Origin: an uncultured Acidobacteriota bacterium
GTDB taxonomy: Bacteria; Acidobacteriota; Terriglobia; Bryobacterales; Bryobacteraceae
Direction of reading: 5' to 3'
Assembly (NCBI GenBank): GCA_902826685.1
Contig: CADEFT010000012.1
Location: 104,979-168,978, forward strand
Length of the DNA stretch: 64,000 nucleotides
Part shown: positions 18,558 through 27,812 of the stretch, one piece after another
Numbering within the stretch: the stretch's first letter is position 1
Layout: every line of letters starts with the position of its first letter
Notes under the pieces: generated by a model
Database searches by the model: none
What the model saw: only the letters and a program-made list of their open reading frames with translations
What the model was told of the DNA's origin: nothing
Made by a program: the position numbers and the translations under genes

Positions 18558-19832
18558 ATGAACCGGCGGTATTTCATGATGGGCGGCGCGGTAGCGGCTA
18601 CCGCGTTCCGGCGCAAGGCGGTGGCGGCGAGCGACCGCGTGCAGATCGGAATCATAGGAGTGGGCGGACGCGGCCGTTATCTGCTGCAAAGCTACGGCAA
18701 GATCAACGGCGTGGCGATCAAGACGCTGTGCGACGCCGACAAATCGTCACTTGAGAAGGCTCAGGCGGTGGCGACGAAGATGAGTCTGGCCAAGCCGGGC
18801 GAAGTGGGCGATATGCGCCGCGTGCTCGACGACAAGGAGATCGACGCGGTGGTGGTTACCACGCCCGATCACTGGCACGCGCCCGCGGCCATCCTTGGCG
18901 TAGAGGCGGGCAAGGACGTGTATGTCGAAAAGCCGGCTTCGCACAATATTCGCGAAGGGCGGCTGATGATCGATGCCGCGCGGCGGACGGGCAAGCTGAT
19001 GCAGGTGGGCACGCAATCGCGCAGCCGCGAATCGACGGTGCGGGCGATTGAACTGATCAAGTCGGGCAAGATCGGCAAGGTGCTGATGGCGAAGGCATGG
19101 AACATCCAGCTTCGCGACGATATCGGCCACAAGGAAGACGGCCCGGTGCCGGCGGGGGTCGATTACGAAACGTGGCTCGGGCCCGCGCCGTGGATTCCGT
19201 TCAACGAGAATCGCTTCCATTACAAGTGGCACTGGCATTGGCATTTCGGCACCGGCGACGCGGGCAACGACGGCGCGCACCAGATCGACATCGCGCGCTG
19301 GGCGCTCGGGGAAAGCTATCCGGTGCGCGTGAGCGGATCGGGCCGCAAGGTGTTTTTCAAGGACGATCAGCAGACGCCCGATACGATGCTGGCCACCTTC
19401 GATTACGAAGACGGCAAGAGCCTGATCTGGGAGCAGCGCATCTGGAATCCGTATGGCATGAGCGAGATCGAAAACGGCGTGGGCGTGTATGGAACCGACG
19501 GCATGGTGCACATCGGCCAATACAACCGGCGCTGGGGTTACAAGGTATTCGACGCCAAGGGCAAGATGACGCAGCACGACGACGCGGGCGACAGCGATGC
19601 CATCCACCAGCAGAAGTTCGTCGATTGCATCCGCTCACGGCAGCTTCCGCCGGCCGACATCATGGAAGGGCACCTTTCGGCGATCCACTGCCACCTGGCG
19701 AACATTGTCGCGCGCACCGGGCATAACGTGACGTTCGATCAGGAGACCGAATCCATTCCAGCCGACTCGAGCGCCAACGTGCACGTCAAACGCGCCTATC
19801 GCACGCATTGGGGCACGCCGAAGATGCTATAA
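18558..19832 (+). CDS. Tat-exported Gfo/Idh/MocA-family oxidoreductase (paralog of 5126-6400)
   Basis: 424 aa. The start directly abuts the upstream TAG. Signal MNRRYFMMGGAVAATA. Motifs IGVGGRG and VYVEKPASHNIREGRLM (identical block in the paralog). Confidence 0.9.
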   Translation: MNRRYFMMGGAVAATAFRRKAVAASDRVQIGIIGVGGRGRYLLQSYGKINGVAIKTLCDADKSSLEKAQAVATKMSLAKPGEVGDMRRVLDDKEIDAVVVTTPDHWHAPAAILGVEAGKDVYVEKPASHNIREGRLMIDAARRTGKLMQVGTQSRSRESTVRAIELIKSGKIGKVLMAKAWNIQLRDDIGHKEDGPVPAGVDYETWLGPAPWIPFNENRFHYKWHWHWHFGTGDAGNDGAHQIDIARWALGESYPVRVSGSGRKVFFKDDQQTPDTMLATFDYEDGKSLIWEQRIWNPYGMSEIENGVGVYGTDGMVHIGQYNRRWGYKVFDAKGKMTQHDDAGDSDAIHQQKFVDCIRSRQLPPADIMEGHLSAIHCHLANIVARTGHNVTFDQETESIPADSSANVHVKRAYRTHWGTPKML

Positions 19833-19839
19833 ACGCGCC

Positions 19840-20688
19840 ATGCAAGTCGGATTGATCGGCGCCGGGCTGCTCGGCTCGGCGTTGGCGGAGCGGTTTGTGC
19901 GGGCGGGCCACACGGTCCGCGGTTTCGATACGGACGCGGCGCGGCTCAAGGCTCTGACGGACATCGGGGCGCAGGCGGCCGGCTCGGCGCGGGAAGCGGC
20001 GGAGTGGGGTGAAATCGTGGTGCTGTGCCTGCCCGACTCATCGGTGTCGATGCGCGTCTGCGCCGATATTGCGGGCGAGTTGGGCGAGGACAAAATTCTG
20101 GTGGACACCACCACGGGCGCACCCGGCGAGATGGAAGAGATCGGCCGCCGCGTGCCGCGCTACCTCGACGCCACCGTTGCCGGTTCGAGCGGGCAGGTTA
20201 GAAAAGGCGAAGCGGTGGCGCTGGCGGGCGGCGACACGCGGGACTTCGACGCCTGCCGCGGATTACTGATGAGTTTCTGCGGGCGCGCGTTCCATGTGGG
20301 CCCGAGAGGTGCCGGCGCGCGCATGAAACTGGTGGTGAACCTGGTGCTGGGATTGAATCGCGCGGCGCTGGCGGAAGGGCTGGCATTCGCCGAATCGATG
20401 GGGATGGATTTAGGGCTGACGCTCGAAGTCCTGCGCAGCGGTCCGGCGCATTCCGTGGCGCTTGACCGCAAGGGAGAGAAGATGATCCGGCGCGACTACG
20501 GGCCGGAGGCGCGGCTGCGGCAGCATCATAAGGACGTGCGATTGATGCTCAAGGAGGCGGCACAGTTGGGCATGACGCTGCCGCTAAGCGAGGTTCATGA
20601 CCGGCTGTTGGAGGCCGCCGAAGGTGCCGGGTACGCCGACGCCGATAATTCGGCCGTGCTCGAAGCGCTCAGGCAAAAATGCCGCTGA
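19840..20688 (+). CDS. NAD(P)-dependent beta-hydroxyacid dehydrogenase (3-hydroxyisobutyrate/6-phosphogluconate dehydrogenase-like)
   Basis: 282 aa. N-terminal Rossmann motif [16 protein letters not shown], then [11 protein letters not shown]. The last 20 nt overlap the convergent DUF1552 gene. Confidence 0.85.
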   Translation: MQVGLIGAGLLGSALAERFVRAGHTVRGFDTDAARLKALTDIGAQAAGSAREAAEWGEIVVLCLPDSSVSMRVCADIAGELGEDKILVDTTTGAPGEMEEIGRRVPRYLDATVAGSSGQVRKGEAVALAGGDTRDFDACRGLLMSFCGRAFHVGPRGAGARMKLVVNLVLGLNRAALAEGLAFAESMGMDLGLTLEVLRSGPAHSVALDRKGEKMIRRDYGPEARLRQHHKDVRLMLKEAAQLGMTLPLSEVHDRLLEAAEGAGYADADNSAVLEALRQKCR

Positions 20689-22012
20689 TCTCGCGCGAGG
20701 CGGTGGGGAACGTCTTCAGATCCGACTTCATGGCCTTGTTGGCGACGGCGAGGTAAAGGTCGCCGATGGTGCCGGTGGTGCGCGTATGGCGTCCGGTGAG
20801 CAGCTTACCGCCGTGGCCCGCCACGATCACCGAAAGGCCGTTGTTCTTGTGGTCGTTGGCTTCGGCGTGCTCGTGAACATACACGATGGTGGTGTTGTCG
20901 AGCATGTTGTTTTCGCCCTCGGGCGTGGCCTTCAGCTTGCCCACCAGGTAAGCCAATTCCTCCACGTGCCAGCGGCAGATGTCGCGCATGATGCGCTGGC
21001 CGTCCGGTCCGTCGGCGCCGGGAGCCTTGCCGTCGCGATGGGTGTAGTCATGGTGGCGCGCGGCGGTATAGCCAAGCCAGGGGAAGCGGGTCAGGCCCTG
21101 GCATTTGGTGAGCATGTAGGAGGCGACGCGCGTCTGGCCGGAAGCGAGCGCGTGCACCAGCAGATCGCTTTGCAGCTTGGCGATGCGCGGCCAGTCTTTC
21201 ATGTCGCCGTCGAAATCCGGCGCTTCCACTTTGCGGTATTCCGGCGGCAGGCTGGCGATGGACCGCTCCACGTCGCGCACCGAAGCCAGATGTTCTTCCA
21301 GGCGCGTGCGATCCTCACGGCCAAGGGACTGGCGAAGCTGAGCCGCGTCCTCGCGCACCGCGTCGAGCACGCTGCGCTTGCGATTGACCCAACCCTGATC
21401 GCGGGCGCCGAACAATCGATCAAAAAGCTTGTGGGGCAGCATTTCCGGCGGCAGCGCGCGGTCGTAACCGGCCCAGCTCATGTTGCGTTGGATGCTTTCG
21501 CCGAACGATTCCTGCGAAACGCCGATCTGCAGCGAGCGGAACCGGCTTTCGCCCCCCACCCTGGCGGCGATGGTCTGATCGATGGAAGCACCACCGGCGC
21601 CGCGGCCGGTGAACTGGGTGCCGGTCATCAAGGCGGCCATCGACCGGTGGTGATCGTTGCCCGGACCGGGCAGCCGGGCGGCGGGATTGTCGAGTCCCGT
21701 AATGACGTGGATGTCTTCGCGGAACGGAGCGAGAGGCGCCAGGCATGGCGTCATGACGAAGTTCGTCCCCGTCTCGGTGGGGATCCAGTAGCGCTCCACC
21801 ACGCCGTTGCCGTTGAACCAGAGGACGAACCGCGATGCGGGCGCGGACTTGACTCCGCCACGCGTTGGAGCGGCATAGGCGGTGCCGGAGGAGTTGAACA
21901 TCGCCGCCAGCGGCGGCAGGCCCAGCGTCACCGGGGCTCCGGCCGCGGCCGAGACGCCGCGCAGGAACAATCGCCTGGAGACCGAGCGGTCTTTAGTAAA
22001 GATCGATGCCAT
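20669..22012 (-). CDS. DUF1552-family Tat-signal protein
   Basis: 447 aa. Signal [16 protein letters not shown]. Motifs [13 protein letters not shown] and [14 protein letters not shown]. The start overlaps the upstream stop (TGATG). This is the usual partner of DUF1592-type proteins. Confidence 0.8.
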   Translation of the reverse strand: MASIFTKDRSVSRRLFLRGVSAAAGAPVTLGLPPLAAMFNSSGTAYAAPTRGGVKSAPASRFVLWFNGNGVVERYWIPTETGTNFVMTPCLAPLAPFREDIHVITGLDNPAARLPGPGNDHHRSMAALMTGTQFTGRGAGGASIDQTIAARVGGESRFRSLQIGVSQESFGESIQRNMSWAGYDRALPPEMLPHKLFDRLFGARDQGWVNRKRSVLDAVREDAAQLRQSLGREDRTRLEEHLASVRDVERSIASLPPEYRKVEAPDFDGDMKDWPRIAKLQSDLLVHALASGQTRVASYMLTKCQGLTRFPWLGYTAARHHDYTHRDGKAPGADGPDGQRIMRDICRWHVEELAYLVGKLKATPEGENNMLDNTTIVYVHEHAEANDHKNNGLSVIVAGHGGKLLTGRHTRTTGTIGDLYLAVANKAMKSDLKTFPTASREISGIFA

Positions 22013-23943
22013 CAGTTCGCCCTCGCTTCCGGAAAAATACTGCGCCTGGCCAATGCGATCATGAGCTCCTGAAACTGAAATCCGCTATGGCGGAAATCCT
22101 CAAAAGCGCGTTCAATCACGGCCTTATCCGCGGCCCGCTCATGGCGCCCGGCCATCCAACGGAACAACTGTTTCGCCACGCATTGCTGGCACTGCGGGGT
22201 ACCTGCCAAGATTTTACCAAGTTCGCGCGGCGTGCTGAAGCTGGAATCCTTGAGCCCGGCGACGTTGCCGCGGGTGTCGAGTTCGAGCTCCACCTTCTTG
22301 GCTTCCTCGCGCCGCTCTTCCCGATTGGGAAAGATGGTGAGCATCAGCTTCTCGCGATAGCCGCCGATGGCATCGAACTTCTCAAAGCCGAGGCCAATGG
22401 GATCGATGAGGCTGTGGCAACTGGCGCAGCTTTCATTGTTGAGATGAAGCGACAGACGGTCCTTCTGAGTGCGCGGCTGATCCTTGCTGATGGGCGGCAG
22501 GTTGACGTTTACACCGGGCGGAGGCTGTGGGACATCCTGGCACAGAAACTGTTCCCGCACGAAGAGGCCGCGCGAAGTGGGCGACGTCTCGGCGGGCTTC
22601 GAAGTCATGGTGAGGAAACTGGCGTGCGACAGGACGCCGCCGCGGGCGGTGGATTCGGGCAGCTCCACTTTGCCGTAATCTTCCTTGGGCGCGGGCACCT
22701 GATAGAGCTTCGCGAGATCGCCGTTGGCATAGGTGTAGCCGGCCGAGTAGAACTCCATGAAGTTGCCCTTCTTCCACACCAGTTCCGCCACCAGCCGCCG
22801 CGTCTCCTCGGTCATGGCGAGCGTCAACTCGGGCGTGAATTGCGGGTAGAGACGGCGGTCGCGCACGGTGCCGGTAAGCCGGTCGAAGCGGAGCCACTCG
22901 GTGACGAACTCATCCACCGACTCGCGGGCCTTGGGCGATTCGAGCAGCCGCCGCATCTGGCGTTCCACGCCTTCGGGCGTGTTCAATTCACCGCTGCGGG
23001 CCGCATCGAGCAAGGCCGCATCGGGCATGGTGTTCCACGCGAAATAGGAAAGCTTCGACGCCGTCTCATAGGGTTTCAGCGAAAGGTCGAGCCCGTTCTC
23101 CGAACGCATGAGGAAATTGGGCGACTGCAGCATCACTTCGACGGCCACTTGCGCGCCCGCGGAAAAGCTCTTGGAGGAAGCGGCTTCGGCGGCGAACAGC
23201 TTGGCGTAGCGGGCCTGCTCGGCGGGCGCAAGCGGCCGGCGGAAGGCACGCAGTCCGAAGTCGCGCAGGAACCGGTCGCGGCAGACCGCGTCTTCGGGCG
23301 ACTTCGGTTTGCAGGGGATCAACCCGCGCGGATCGCCGCCGAGAAAAACCTTGCGGGCGATCTTTTCGGCCGCGGCGGCATAGGCTTCGGCAAGTAATGG
23401 CGAGGTGTTTTGCGCCTCGTACTGGTTGCGAAAGCCGTTCACGAAATCCTCGGGAGGGAACTGGTCGGCCAGACGCGAATTCTCGCCCAGCAGGTCGCGC
23501 AGCGTGTTGTTGTATTGCGAATGCGTCAGACGGCGCAACACCGGTCCGGTGGTGAAGGGCTTATTTTCCGCCAGCTTCACGCGAAGAGTCTCGATGGGCG
23601 CGGTGGCGAGATAGTCGACCCAAGCCTGCAGCGCCTTTTCATCGTCGCTGCCGGGTTCGATGCGAACGCCGCCGGCATGCGGCACGCGGCGGGTGGGCTT
23701 GCTCAGCAGCAGCGATTTCGCGGGCGTATTGCGATCGACGAAGATATGCAGGGAACGGCCGAAGGCTTCAATCTGCGCGGTGGAAGGCTTGGCTTCGGGA
23801 AAGTGCAGACGCGTGGGCGAAGCGACGCCTTCATCGCTATGGCAGCCCGCGCAGTTGGCTTTCACGAGGATTGGGTAAACGGCCGACACGAAGTCGGCGC
23901 CGGAGGCGGAGAGTGCCAGCAGGGCCAGCGGAATCAGAGCCAT
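22012..23943 (-). CDS. DUF1587/DUF1592/DUF1595/DUF1588/DUF1585-type protein with cytochrome-c-like CxxCH motifs
   Basis: 643 aa. Signal peptide. CAGCHSDEG near the N-terminus and [19 protein letters not shown] near the C-terminus. Motifs [14 protein letters not shown] and SPNFLMRSE. Confidence 0.8.
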   Translation of the reverse strand: MALIPLALLALSASGADFVSAVYPILVKANCAGCHSDEGVASPTRLHFPEAKPSTAQIEAFGRSLHIFVDRNTPAKSLLLSKPTRRVPHAGGVRIEPGSDDEKALQAWVDYLATAPIETLRVKLAENKPFTTGPVLRRLTHSQYNNTLRDLLGENSRLADQFPPEDFVNGFRNQYEAQNTSPLLAEAYAAAAEKIARKVFLGGDPRGLIPCKPKSPEDAVCRDRFLRDFGLRAFRRPLAPAEQARYAKLFAAEAASSKSFSAGAQVAVEVMLQSPNFLMRSENGLDLSLKPYETASKLSYFAWNTMPDAALLDAARSGELNTPEGVERQMRRLLESPKARESVDEFVTEWLRFDRLTGTVRDRRLYPQFTPELTLAMTEETRRLVAELVWKKGNFMEFYSAGYTYANGDLAKLYQVPAPKEDYGKVELPESTARGGVLSHASFLTMTSKPAETSPTSRGLFVREQFLCQDVPQPPPGVNVNLPPISKDQPRTQKDRLSLHLNNESCASCHSLIDPIGLGFEKFDAIGGYREKLMLTIFPNREERREEAKKVELELDTRGNVAGLKDSSFSTPRELGKILAGTPQCQQCVAKQLFRWMAGRHERAADKAVIERAFEDFRHSGFQFQELMIALARRSIFPEARAN

Positions 23944-23953
23944 CTCTCCTTTA

Positions 23954-24907
23954 TTATCGCCCGTGCGAGGGATCGAGCGGCAGGCACAATTCGGTGCGCC
24001 AGGTAGCCGGGTCGGCGCTCGATTCGGGTCCGGCGAGATAGCGCTCCCACAAGTCGCCGCGGCCCTTGAGGCCCTGGACGTTCATCCATTCGCCGAACTG
24101 GCGCCAGGCGTCGTAGAGTCCTTCGTATCCGCCGCGATACTCGGACCGTGCGATCCTGGCGGCGGGTAACTCGCCTGGCTTGACGCGGCCTTGCGGCTTG
24201 ACCGGCGCGCTCACGGGGAAGCCGGCTTCGAAGTCGAAGTCCGTGGGCGATGTGGTGAGGTGATGCGTGAACAGTGGCCCCACAATGCGCAATCCCTGCC
24301 CGGCGGCGGCGGCCATCAATTCCTGAATGGCGGGCGGCAGTTCGGTTTGGATCTGGTTGCGTGGAATCTTCAGGTGGATGACGGCGGCCGTGTGCCGTTC
24401 GGAGTCGATGACGACCGGCCCGGCGATGCCACGGACGATCAGCGCCTCCAACCGGTCGAAGCCGGCGATCATGCCCCTCTCCATGCCGGAGCGGCTGGCG
24501 ATGTCGCGCGCTTCCCTCGACTCATAGAGCACGGTGATGGTGACCCTCGTCACGTCCTCGCGCCGCTCGAAGATCGTCGTGTTGAGCGCTTCGCCCGGAT
24601 ACCAGGCGTCGTCAAACCGTTCGGTGGCGGCGATGAGCCGCGGCCTTACGATCTCGCGGAACACGCCACCCATGCCCATATCCGGCACTCCCTTTTTGCG
24701 CCATACGTAGCGGTAACTGCCGCCCACCTTCAGATCGATGTCGCAGACCGGCATCGTCCAGCCGCCGGGACCGAGCAGCCATTGGCGCACCAGTTCCGGC
24801 TTAGTGAAGGCGTCGAAGACCAGTTCCCGCGGGGCATCGAAGTCGCGGACTATTTCAATTTCGCGCTCCGAGGGCGTCGAGATCCGGAAGCTTTGCGGGT
24901 AGTGCAT
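23954..24907 (-). CDS. SRPBCC (AHSA1/START-like) domain fused to a GyrI-like small-molecule-binding domain
   Basis: Start set at MHYPQSF (24907). N-terminal half: EIVRDFDAPRELVFDAFTKPELVRQWL...VGGSYRY (AHSA1-like). C-terminal half: VIHLKIPRNQI...GPLFTHH...YRGGYEGLYDAWRQFGEWM...WERYL (GyrI-like). Confidence 0.75.
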   Translation of the reverse strand: MHYPQSFRISTPSEREIEIVRDFDAPRELVFDAFTKPELVRQWLLGPGGWTMPVCDIDLKVGGSYRYVWRKKGVPDMGMGGVFREIVRPRLIAATERFDDAWYPGEALNTTIFERREDVTRVTITVLYESREARDIASRSGMERGMIAGFDRLEALIVRGIAGPVVIDSERHTAAVIHLKIPRNQIQTELPPAIQELMAAAAGQGLRIVGPLFTHHLTTSPTDFDFEAGFPVSAPVKPQGRVKPGELPAARIARSEYRGGYEGLYDAWRQFGEWMNVQGLKGRGDLWERYLAGPESSADPATWRTELCLPLDPSHGR

Positions 24908-25272
24908 GGGTTCGTTCCTTTCGATTTCGATGACAGGCCGTCCAGCAGATTGTCGAGAAGCGCGAAAGACGATTCCCAGAATCGCCGGTAATCCTCGAGC
25001 CATTTGCTGGCGGCGGCAAGCGGGGCCGGGTGCAGACGGCTGGGGCGGCGCTGTGCCTCGCGGCCGCGCACGATCAGGCCCGCGCGTTCGAGGACTTTGA
25101 GGTGCTTGGAGATCGCCGGTTGGGACATGGAGAAAGGTTCGGCCAGTTCGCCGACGGTCGCTTCGCCGAGGGCGAGCCGGGCGAGAATGGCCCGGCGGGT
25201 GGGGTCGGCGAGGGCGGCGAAGGTGGCATCGAGAGCCTTGGCCTTTGCATAACCTTTCGTTTCCATAACCAT
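24850..25272 (-). CDS. ArsR/SmtB-family transcriptional regulator
   Basis: 140 aa. Motifs FAALADPTRRAILARL and GELAEPFSMSQPAISKHLKVLERAGLI. The 3' end overlaps the SRPBCC start by 58 nt. Confidence 0.9.
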   Translation of the reverse strand: MVMETKGYAKAKALDATFAALADPTRRAILARLALGEATVGELAEPFSMSQPAISKHLKVLERAGLIVRGREAQRRPSRLHPAPLAAASKWLEDYRRFWESSFALLDNLLDGLSSKSKGTNPCTTRKASGSRRPRSAKLK

Positions 25273-25305
25273 ATGGTTAATGACTGGAGAGCCTTTGTCA
25301 AGCTT

Positions 25306-26286
25306 TTAGCGAATGCGATGGTCGGTGAACCGTAAATAGGGAACGGGGGAGGAAGACTTCATGTGACAGGAGAGGCAGTTGGTCTCGTTGGCGCGCGCGC
25401 ATCGCGAGGTTGGGGCGCCCGCGTGGCAGCCCTGGCATTTGGCGGAATAGAAGGCCGCGTCGTTGCGCCGCGCATTGGCGTGCGGGTCGTGGCAGGTGAG
25501 GCAGGAGAGCTTCCCGCTCGCTTGAAAGCATCGGCTGGCGATCAAGCCAATGGGTTGGAACCGGATGGAGACCGGATCCTCGATCTCGGGCTTGGTCGAT
25601 TTCCGTTGCGCCGGTTCGGGCGAGCGATGGCATCCGGCGCAGATCTGGACGCTGGCCGGCGCGGAGAAGCGCCCGGGGTTGAGCAGCTTCGCCGTGGCGG
25701 GGGCGGCGGCATGCGCGGCGCCCGGCCCGTGGCAGCGCTCGCAGTTGACACCGGGCTCGGCGAAATCGGCCGCGCCGCGCACACCGGTGGCATGGCAGTT
25801 GAAGCATCGGGTGATGGTTTCGGGCGGTTGCGGAATCCCGAGGGCGGCCTGAGCGCTTGAATCGGCGCTCGCCGGATGGCCCATCGTCAATCCCGGCCGG
25901 CCCGCATAGAGCGAGATGCGGTGTTCGAAGAACAGGCCGCCGGAACGACCCACGGGAGTGAACGCCTGGGCGCCGGAGCCAACCGCCCATTCAAGCGTCG
26001 CGGCGGCCCGTTGATTCCCCACCCGCGCGGTGACGGCCAGGCCTTCCGGCGCGCGGCGGTATTCAAACTCCACTCCGTTGCGCTCGCGAATGGGCCGGTC
26101 GAGAAACGCCGCCGCGATTTCGGAAATCGGCCGCAGCGCCCGCGCGTGGTGGGTGGCGGTCTGGCCTGCGTACTCGCCGTGGCACTTGAGGCAGGCGACG
26201 GTACCGGCGTAAGGCGGCAGTGCCGCAAGCAGGAGGGCGCCGGCAGCGATGGTCACACTCGAATCGTACCGTATGGCGGTGCGCAC
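25306..26286 (-). CDS. Heptaheme c-type cytochrome (multiheme cytochrome family)
   Basis: 326 aa. N-terminal hydrophobic signal/anchor. Seven CxxCH motifs: CLKCH, CFNCH, CERCH, CAGCH, CLTCH, CQGCH, CLSCH. Confidence 0.85.
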   Translation of the reverse strand: MRTAIRYDSSVTIAAGALLLAALPPYAGTVACLKCHGEYAGQTATHHARALRPISEIAAAFLDRPIRERNGVEFEYRRAPEGLAVTARVGNQRAAATLEWAVGSGAQAFTPVGRSGGLFFEHRISLYAGRPGLTMGHPASADSSAQAALGIPQPPETITRCFNCHATGVRGAADFAEPGVNCERCHGPGAAHAAAPATAKLLNPGRFSAPASVQICAGCHRSPEPAQRKSTKPEIEDPVSIRFQPIGLIASRCFQASGKLSCLTCHDPHANARRNDAAFYSAKCQGCHAGAPTSRCARANETNCLSCHMKSSSPVPYLRFTDHRIR

Positions 26287-26335
26287 GCGGGGCGGGTTTA
26301 TGAGTTACAATTTTCTCACTAAGAGGTAAAACTCA

Positions 26336-27808
26336 ATGCTCGGCTTTCTGACATTGGCGACTTGCTCGATTCTTGCTTTCGGACAAGGGCCGTTCCGGAT
26401 GTTGAAGGTCCAGTCCGGTCCTTCGGGCAAGGTGGAAGGTTCGAAGTTCTTATTTGACCAAGTGCGGTCGAACTTCGAATTTCCCAAGGATCAAGAGCTT
26501 ATCGTGTATTTTGAATGGTCCGGTCCAGCCGGCAAGCACAGTCTTTCCGGTGTCTGGAAGGATCCCTCGGGCAAGCCCGTTCAGATCTCGGACATCGCGA
26601 TGGAAACAACGGGCGAGCCGTTTTCGGCGTATTGGACTTTTCGAGTGGTGGCCGATATGACTCCGGGAGTTTGGGAGTTAGAGGCGAGAATCAATGGGGT
26701 TCCTGCAGGCTCACATGCGTTTCATTTGTCGATTCCGGCTCCCACACCTTCAGCGCCCCCCGCGCCTAAGACCGAGTTCAAACGCCCGGTACCTACGCTC
26801 GACGAGTTGTTCGCCCGCCGGACATCGCTTGTCTGGATCGACAGGTTAGACGAGGCCGGACGGAGAGTGGACCGGGCCACTGGTTTCGTCAGCGCCGCGA
26901 ACCAGGTGACAACGGCGTTTCAGGCGATCGACGGCTCGGACGGAATTGAAGTTGAGTTTGCAACGGGTAAGCGCCTGCGGGTCACGTCCGTCGCCGCGGT
27001 CAGCCGCATGCAGGATTGGGCCGTTCTCCATGCCGACACGGGAACGATCCCTCCGCTCAAGGCGGCAGCGGCCTATGTCACGCCGATCGGTGAGCGGCTG
27101 CTGGTGTTTAACGTCGAGAACGGAGCGCGGACCATCGGCGGAGTGGACTACACGGGTAAAGACAACCGGCCCGAATTTGGCGGGCGCATTTTGATCAGCC
27201 CGTCTCCGACGCTTGAGTCCGCCGGTGGACCGCTGATGGACAAATATGGCGACGTAACGGGTGTATTGGGGGGAAGCCTGACGCCGGGGTCGCGCGTTAC
27301 TGGCAGAGCGCTTTCGGTCAGCCCCGGGTTATTCAATAAGCTACGGTCAGGGGTCCTGGCGACGCCAATCCACGACATTCCATCGCCGATCCAAGTCAGT
27401 GGAGAAACATTCGACGCACTATTGGCGCGCGGAATCCTCACGCCGGGTCTCCGGCTTCACCCGAATGTCAGATACGGCGGCACGGCAGGAAGGGCGCGGA
27501 AGAAGGATGAAAACTTCGCCGAGAACGATTTAAGCGAGTTTTCGAGACGGGATGAAACGGTGGTCGTCTTCGCTCAGTTAGAGGAGATAGTGAAGGCCAA
27601 GAACGCGGTTATTAGAGCTGAGGTCTACGATGCCCAGAATCGACGGCGCGTGAATGTGCCAGCGGCAAAGGTGAAGTGGGCCGGCAAGATTCCCGTGCGA
27701 TGGTCGGCGAGTTTTTCCCCGGCTCAACTCGTTCCTGGCGTCCATCGGGTCGATCTCCTGCTTGATGGCCAGGTCGTGTGGCGTACCTTCTTCGAGATTC
27801 GCGATTAG
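26336..27808 (+). CDS. Secreted hypothetical protein: degenerate trypsin-like (S1C-like) core flanked by two beta-sandwich-like modules
   Basis: 490 aa. Signal peptide MLGFLTLATCSILAFG. The central region resembles Trypsin_2 (ATGFVS...DWAVLHAD...ESAGGPLMD...GDVTGVLGG), but the expected His and Ser positions read Q and A. G+C is noticeably lower than in neighbouring genes. Confidence 0.65.
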   Translation: MLGFLTLATCSILAFGQGPFRMLKVQSGPSGKVEGSKFLFDQVRSNFEFPKDQELIVYFEWSGPAGKHSLSGVWKDPSGKPVQISDIAMETTGEPFSAYWTFRVVADMTPGVWELEARINGVPAGSHAFHLSIPAPTPSAPPAPKTEFKRPVPTLDELFARRTSLVWIDRLDEAGRRVDRATGFVSAANQVTTAFQAIDGSDGIEVEFATGKRLRVTSVAAVSRMQDWAVLHADTGTIPPLKAAAAYVTPIGERLLVFNVENGARTIGGVDYTGKDNRPEFGGRILISPSPTLESAGGPLMDKYGDVTGVLGGSLTPGSRVTGRALSVSPGLFNKLRSGVLATPIHDIPSPIQVSGETFDALLARGILTPGLRLHPNVRYGGTAGRARKKDENFAENDLSEFSRRDETVVVFAQLEEIVKAKNAVIRAEVYDAQNRRRVNVPAAKVKWAGKIPVRWSASFSPAQLVPGVHRVDLLLDGQVVWRTFFEIRD

Positions 27809-27812
27809 AACA

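Noticed and set aside
20597-23397. 491-aa and 463-aa plus-strand ORFs opposite the DUF1552 and DUF1592-type genes
   Set aside because: They are shadow ORFs. The minus-strand products have signal peptides and family motifs (Cxx[19 protein letters not shown]).
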